From a virus (Duplodnaviria; Caudoviricetes): DNA of 30,146 nucleotides. The notes beneath the pieces were generated by a model. It searched no databases, had not been told where the DNA came from, and was given only the letters and a program-made list of their open reading frames with translations. A program made the translations under genes and the position numbers. Of this stretch, positions 24,937 to 30,146 are shown piece by piece. Every line of letters starts with the position of its first letter. The stretch's first letter is position 1. The stretch lies in IMG/VR virus record IMGVR_UViG_3300028138_000010, positions 1 to 30,146 of that record; one strand, given 5' to 3'.

Positions 24937-25316
24937 CGCGGCAGGGTGATGATGAATGGCGGGCGCGGCTTGCGGCCGAAGAGCCGGATGCGATGTTTCT
25001 GGCCCCTTCGCAGGAAGATACGTCAGCGGGCGTGCTCCCGTCAGGGTGCGGTTGGTTCTGGAATGCTTTCGCTAGGCTCTCGGCTGGGCGCCCTCGTGTT
25101 TCGGAAAGCGTTTGCCCTCCTGGCATGCCGCCAATGACGTTGGCGCGTGATCTCCCAATCCCATGGACGCATGTGGACCGCTACGCAGAGCACCACGGGC
25201 TTGCCGCCGAGGAGCGTTCTGAGTTCGAGTTCATAATCTTCGAGATGGACCGCGAATATCTGACGATCGCGGCTGAAATTCGCTCCGGTAATGTCGGGGC
25301 AGGCGACGAGAGTTAA
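24903..25316 (+). CDS. Tail assembly chaperone frameshift extension (gpT-like)
   Basis: WFWNAFARLSAGR...PIPWTHVDRYA...IFEMDREYL; reached by -1 shift, giving a ~272-aa G-T fusion. Confidence 0.78.
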   Translation, partial: KKLRRALRYRMTRQGDDEWRARLAAEEPDAMFLAPSQEDTSAGVLPSGCGWFWNAFARLSAGRPRVSESVCPPGMPPMTLARDLPIPWTHVDRYAEHHGLAAEERSEFEFIIFEMDREYLTIAAEIRSGNVGAGDES

Positions 25317-25324
25317 AAGGCTTC

Positions 25325-28300
25325 ATGGACCTCGATACGATCCGTCGCATAACCATCATTACTCAGCAGCAGGGGGCGGAAGCCGCTGCGGCTGAGTTGC
25401 AGAAGCTTGCCGATGCTGAGCAGAAGCTGACTGTTGCATCGGATCAACTTACCCAGAAGTCGGCATCGGTTGAGAAGTCGTTCACGTCGTTGCAGGCGAG
25501 AATTGACCCGACATTCCGCGCGCAGCAGAACGCGGAGAAGGACACCCGCGCCTTAGCCAATGCTATGGCGCAGGGATTGGTCCCGAGCGCGACCCGTGCG
25601 GCGGACGTTCTTGGTCTTATCAATCAGCGATACAAGGACACAATAGACCGCGCCCACTCGGCAGCGGAAGGTCACTCCCTTTTTGGGCGGGCCATGGATG
25701 GCGTGCGCGAAAGCGCCACTGAGTATGCTGGTGAGCTTGGCCTGGTCGGCAGGCTTATGGCCGACATTGGACCAGCCGGTATTGCTTTAGGCGGAACAAT
25801 CGGCGTTGCCGCTATCGCCTACGAAAAGGCCAAAGAATCTGCGAACGAATTTGGCCAAGAGATGTTGCGCTTACGCAACGTGTCACAAGTCACGGGGTTG
25901 ACCACCACGGAATTTCAGGCCCTTCAGGAAAAGGCCGCTGAATTTGGCGTATCGGGCGAGCAGGCGGGGAGGGGACTTGAGCGATTTTCCGCTCAGATGG
26001 ATCAGTTTAAGCAGCGGGCTGGTCCTCTTTATGAGTTAATGACTCGTATTGACGATGGCCTCGCCCAACAGATGGTGCATGCGGGATCTACCCGCGAGCA
26101 GATTGATCTCCTATCCAAGGCTTATGAAGGGGCCACAAAAGAGCAGCAAGCTGCGTTGAGTAAAGCCACGTTTGGCCGGGCGGCGGGCGGGTTATTTGAT
26201 CTGGGCTCCGCGATTAAAGCACTCGGCGAAAGTGGCGGCATAGAAGCCGCGGTTCATCATGCTGGAGACGCTATTGACAATGACCTGATAAAGCGCGTTG
26301 CCGAGTTGAAGACGCAGGCCGATGACGCCGGGAGACGCGCGTCTGAGGTTTTCAATTCTATTTTCAGTGAAGCACTGCTGTCGCGTCAGAAGACGTTTAA
26401 TAACCAGTTGCTTGAAGCGGCGAGGGTGCTGAAGGATTTTTCTATCAATCCGAGCGCTGGTAAGGTCATAGACCTTTTAAGTTCTGGGGCGAGGTCTGGC
26501 TATAATTTTCTGTCCTCACCATTCCCGGTGCCCCCAATCCCGAGCAACGAGGAATTGAATAATAACAATCCGGCACCAACTGCGCAACAGTTTGTGAGTG
26601 GCCTCGCAATCTCGCAAGGCAATGCGAATAAGAACATCGTGTCTGGCGCAGACATTGCAAACATTATGTCCGCGAAGGACGGCGTCCAACAATTGAACCA
26701 GCAGATTCAGACCGGAACTGGTCTTACGACCAATTGGCGGGCTGCGGTTCTGGGGTTTGGCGAGGCTGTCGTTAGCGCCGGCCATGAGATGGAATTAACC
26801 TGGGAGAAACAGATCCGGGATGGTGACGAGGTTGCACGTAGATATGACCAATTAAGTCAAAAGATTAAAACGACCGCGCATGATTTGGAGGATCTGAAGG
26901 CTGCACAGGGGGCAGGCGGCACCTCGGAATCCTTACAGCCAGCGATCAATTCCGCACAGGTTATGCTGCAAACCGAGAAGGACACGAAGGCTGAAACCGA
27001 CAGGCGCAACGAATCCTTGCTTTCACTGCAACAGTCATATTCCGGTCTGCTTGGTGATGGCCAGCAAATGACGCTGGAGACGGTTAAGACTGTTGCTGCC
27101 CAGCACGAGCAGTTGAGTGTTGCTCAGGCTGTTGGCGTTGCTCAGCGTCTTGCATCGCAAGAGACCGCGACGCGAAATACATTGATGCAACAGGGCAAAT
27201 CATTCGATGAGGCATCCCTGGTTGCGTCTAACCAGAGGCAGATTTCGCAGGCGGAAATCAACGCTGGCGGTCAACAGCTTCTCAATAGAATGCGCGACCA
27301 GTATGGCGTGGCCAATGCCACGACGGCGCAGGAAAAGATACAAGCGCAATATATTGCCACGCGAAATCAGCTAATAGCCGGCGGTCTGCCTATCGAACAG
27401 GCGAGTGCCATTGCCGGCCAAGAGAAGATGAATGCGGAAGCTGCGTACAATAACGTCCTGAACCATGCCATCGCCCTCGCGTCTGCCGTTACCGGGGAAG
27501 AGAAGCTTCAAGCCATGTACGCCGACGAGCGCAAGGTGGCGCAGGCGGAAATCAACAGCGAGACGAGCCGGCATGTTATCGACCTGCAACGATCAACCGA
27601 ATTGATCCAGGCGCAAACCGCCGATATAGGTACTGGCAGCTCAGTTGAGGAAGCGCGGGTCAAGATTGCGCAGGCCTATCAAAAAGCAATCGAGGATGGT
27701 GCAGATGCGCAGCATGCGTTAGCGGCTGCCACTGCTACGGCGGCAAATGAGCAAGCTAGGCTTGATCAGCAAGCAGAACAAACTCGCCAGACATTAGTGA
27801 AGCAAGCTCAGGCAGAGGAAGACGCTGCGCAGGCTGCGGCTAAGCAAAGCGCAGCAGCGACATCCCCGAAGGGCATACCTATCGGCCCCGGCCCTAAATA
27901 CGTGTACGCCGGGCAATATGGCGTGTCGATTGACACTGCCAACATCCCTGGAACTCCACAATATCAGGCCAATCAGAAGCAGGTGCAGGACGCTTTCCAG
28001 ATTCAGTCCCAGCTTTACATGGCCGAAGAGGCAAAAAAGACAGAAGCGGCAAAGGCCGAAAACGTCTTCGCGCAAGGTGTGCTCGGCGGCAAGGATGCGA
28101 AGGCACTATTCCAGCAGTTGCTATCGCAGGGCTTTTCATCTCCCGATTATACGACGGACTACTCGGGAAAGACGAAAATCTATTCCGATCTGAATTCACA
28201 ACTGAACATGGCTAAGGAAGCTGGATATTCGCCGCAAGAAGAACTCGATCTGTTGCAGAGTGGGCAACTCGGCAAGGGGGCGTCTTTCAGTGATATTCTT

Positions 28301-29134
28301 GATGCGATGAATACCTTGAAAGATTCTATCAATCAAAACACGACCGCTACTAACAATAACAGTGCAACAATAGACCCGATCTATAGCCAAGGGCACGCCG
28401 CCTTACAGATCGGTTATTACGGTCAGGGCTCCGTGGCCGGGAACATTACCGCGACGGATTGGGGTAATTCGGCCGTCAATCCGCTGTCGGGGCCGACCAC
28501 GACTGCGCTGGGCAATCCGATTGGCATATTCAATCCCAACAATCCGACGCCAACGCCGGTCACAACGCCTGGGTCATCTTCGTCCGGAACATCTGGCGGT
28601 GGCCCGGACGGCAGGGGCGTCGGTAACGGAAGTCCAACATTCGGCGTGGGGGTCAACGGATCGTCCGGAAGTAACTTCGTCGGTGGTGCTATCGTTCTTG
28701 GCGGCGATTATATGTCCGGTCATCCAAGCAGCACTCCGAAAACCGATCCGAATCATCCTGGAATGATATGGGTTGGGGCCGGCATTTCGGGAGGGCGCTG
28801 GGTCAACGCTAACGACTTCTACGCCAACCCTGGAATGTACGAGACGCTGGCCGGCGGCGGCATTATGACTAAATGGGGCCGGGTGCCGCTGAAGAAATAT
28901 GACGGAGGCGGCATCGCCCGATCCCCTCAGTTGGCCATGTTCGGAGAGGGCTCGAGTCCAGAGGCATTTGTGCCAGTTCCCTCTGGCCGCATTCCGGTGG
29001 AATTATCAGGAAAGTCGGGCAACCTGACCAATTATAACGTGTCCAATAAGACCGTGAACATTAATGTTCCTGCCGGGATGGACTTGAGCAATCGTCAAAC
29101 TAGGCGACACCTCATCGAGCAGTTTGGGCGATAA
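25325..29134 (+). CDS. Tail tape measure protein
   Basis: 1269 aa, Ala/Gln-rich helical; C-terminal GGIARSPQLAMFGEGSSPEAFVP motif; follows chaperones. Confidence 0.9.
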   Translation: MDLDTIRRITIITQQQGAEAAAAELQKLADAEQKLTVASDQLTQKSASVEKSFTSLQARIDPTFRAQQNAEKDTRALANAMAQGLVPSATRAADVLGLINQRYKDTIDRAHSAAEGHSLFGRAMDGVRESATEYAGELGLVGRLMADIGPAGIALGGTIGVAAIAYEKAKESANEFGQEMLRLRNVSQVTGLTTTEFQALQEKAAEFGVSGEQAGRGLERFSAQMDQFKQRAGPLYELMTRIDDGLAQQMVHAGSTREQIDLLSKAYEGATKEQQAALSKATFGRAAGGLFDLGSAIKALGESGGIEAAVHHAGDAIDNDLIKRVAELKTQADDAGRRASEVFNSIFSEALLSRQKTFNNQLLEAARVLKDFSINPSAGKVIDLLSSGARSGYNFLSSPFPVPPIPSNEELNNNNPAPTAQQFVSGLAISQGNANKNIVSGADIANIMSAKDGVQQLNQQIQTGTGLTTNWRAAVLGFGEAVVSAGHEMELTWEKQIRDGDEVARRYDQLSQKIKTTAHDLEDLKAAQGAGGTSESLQPAINSAQVMLQTEKDTKAETDRRNESLLSLQQSYSGLLGDGQQMTLETVKTVAAQHEQLSVAQAVGVAQRLASQETATRNTLMQQGKSFDEASLVASNQRQISQAEINAGGQQLLNRMRDQYGVANATTAQEKIQAQYIATRNQLIAGGLPIEQASAIAGQEKMNAEAAYNNVLNHAIALASAVTGEEKLQAMYADERKVAQAEINSETSRHVIDLQRSTELIQAQTADIGTGSSVEEARVKIAQAYQKAIEDGADAQHALAAATATAANEQARLDQQAEQTRQTLVKQAQAEEDAAQAAAKQSAAATSPKGIPIGPGPKYVYAGQYGVSIDTANIPGTPQYQANQKQVQDAFQIQSQLYMAEEAKKTEAAKAENVFAQGVLGGKDAKALFQQLLSQGFSSPDYTTDYSGKTKIYSDLNSQLNMAKEAGYSPQEELDLLQSGQLGKGASFSDILDAMNTLKDSINQNTTATNNNSATIDPIYSQGHAALQIGYYGQGSVAGNITATDWGNSAVNPLSGPTTTALGNPIGIFNPNNPTPTPVTTPGSSSSGTSGGGPDGRGVGNGSPTFGVGVNGSSGSNFVGGAIVLGGDYMSGHPSSTPKTDPNHPGMIWVGAGISGGRWVNANDFYANPGMYETLAGGGIMTKWGRVPLKKYDGGGIARSPQLAMFGEGSSPEAFVPVPSGRIPVELSGKSGNLTNYNVSNKTVNINVPAGMDLSNRQTRRHLIEQFGR

Positions 29135-29141
29135 TTAAACG

Positions 29142-29768
29142 ATGGCCGCTGATCTCTCCATCTTGCCTAACAAATTCAAGCTTGACGCCAAGTTTGGGCT
29201 GGAGGATTTTTCCGTAGTCCAGCCCGGCGATACGGGGATCGATTTTACCATTCGGTTGACTCCCTATCCTCGTAAGCAGTTCACGGTCTCGTGGCCGGTC
29301 TATTCGTCAGAGGAAATTGAGGACTTTTTTGAGATATATGGACGGCACACGGCCTTTCTTATCTACGGGCCGAGAGAAAGAGATAATACATTTACCAATC
29401 AAAACATAAGAACGGACGTATCTCAGACCGACACGTTTCAGTTGCTAAATGTCCGCCAGGCCTCTGGCGGCAGCCTTACATCAATTAGAGCGATCACACA
29501 CCCGAAACAAGGGACCGTTGTTATTTCCTGGAATAGCGTCGTCCGAACCGAAAACACGGATTACACGATTGATTACAATACCGGCGTCGTCACGTTCCTA
29601 GGCGGCCATGTCCCAACCGCGGGGCTTCCAGTTATCGCCAGCGGCAACTATTATATCCCGGTTAGGTTTGATACCACTACGTTTCAGGTAACCGTTAGGC
29701 AGGCTGCGACAGCGAACTTATTCCAAGAGACTGCCGAGGCGACCCTGATTGAGGCTCTGGATCAATAG
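29142..29768 (+). CDS. Distal tail protein (DUF2460, RcGTA g12-like)
   Basis: DFFEIYGRHTAF, TFQL, RAITHP, IDYNTGVVTF, YYIPVRFDT, TLIE; follows tape measure. Confidence 0.8.
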   Translation: MAADLSILPNKFKLDAKFGLEDFSVVQPGDTGIDFTIRLTPYPRKQFTVSWPVYSSEEIEDFFEIYGRHTAFLIYGPRERDNTFTNQNIRTDVSQTDTFQLLNVRQASGGSLTSIRAITHPKQGTVVISWNSVVRTENTDYTIDYNTGVVTFLGGHVPTAGLPVIASGNYYIPVRFDTTTFQVTVRQAATANLFQETAEATLIEALDQ

Positions 29769-29771
29769 CCC

Positions 29772-30146
29772 GTGTCGCACAGCTATACATTCACAATCGC
29801 GCCGGGGATGGCGCTAGCTCGGCTCTATACGATTACGAGGATCGACGGCACCGTCATTCGGATTACAAATTGGCCGCAGGCTATAGGCGATCCGACTGGA
29901 GATGAAATCTGGCTGCCCGTGCCCGGCCTAAAAATGTATGACATTACGGAGCGTGGCGACGGCACGCCGGCTTCGACCCAATTGGGTGTGGGCGCTTACT
30001 CTGGCGGGACTGTTGATATACTCGATGTCGTGCAGGGTCTTTATGACAGGGCAACGATCGAGATCGATCTAGTCAACCCTCTTATTTTGAACCCGCCGCG
30101 CAATTTGGAATTCTACGGCGTTATTGGGAACGTGTCCCGACCAATT
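29772..30146 (+). CDS. Baseplate hub protein (DUF2163, RcGTA g13-like), truncated by window end
   Basis: GTG 29772; LARLYTITRIDGTVIRITN...DVVQGLYDRATIEIDLVN; open to the end of the window. Confidence 0.72.
   Translation, partial: MSHSYTFTIAPGMALARLYTITRIDGTVIRITNWPQAIGDPTGDEIWLPVPGLKMYDITERGDGTPASTQLGVGAYSGGTVDILDVVQGLYDRATIEIDLVNPLILNPPRNLEFYGVIGNVSRPI

Larger units (their letters stand above)
62..30146 (+). mobile_element. Siphovirus-type phage/prophage morphogenesis region
   Basis: Complete terminase-head-neck-tail gene order on one strand; no integrase, lysis or host genes in the window, so prophage versus free phage cannot be decided. Confidence 0.93.

Noticed and set aside
27247-27556. 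Repeated GCAGGCGGAAATCAAC within the tape measure gene
   Set aside because: Encodes the QAEIN peptide repeat; ordinary internal tape-measure duplication, not evidence of an att site.
62-30146. Gene transfer agent cluster
   Set aside because: Region is far larger than the RcGTA structural cluster, with a long tape measure and many accessory genes; only the tail tip is GTA-like.

Overview
A single co-oriented (+ strand) late/morphogenesis operon of a long-tailed (siphovirus-type) phage or prophage, probably of an alphaproteobacterial host (inferred from the RcGTA-like DUF2460/DUF2163 tail-tip genes). Order: TerS, TerL, HK97 portal, a first capsid-protein paralogue lacking most of its scaffold (delta) domain, HK97 prohead protease with a C-terminal extension, full-length major capsid protein, putative decoration protein, a methyltransferase-glycosyltransferase fusion and the head-tail connector. 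About 11 kb of extra genes follow: small beta-rich proteins, an Asp/Asn-hydroxylase-family 2OG-Fe(II) oxygenase, a Cys-rich protein, a low-GC cassette with a SPRY/ConA-like protein and two beta-helix spike proteins, a polyproline mini-protein and a 1197-aa Trp-anchored repeat protein. The operon then resumes with head closure, neck, tail terminator, tail tube, tail chaperones with an A-AAA-AAC -1 frameshift, tape measure, distal tail and a truncated hub. The most unusual aspects are the two capsid paralogues, an apparent virion decoration plus post-translational modification module, and a kissing-loop/bistable RNA element in front of the methyltransferase-glycosyltransferase gene. All family calls are motif recognition by eye; no searches were run.
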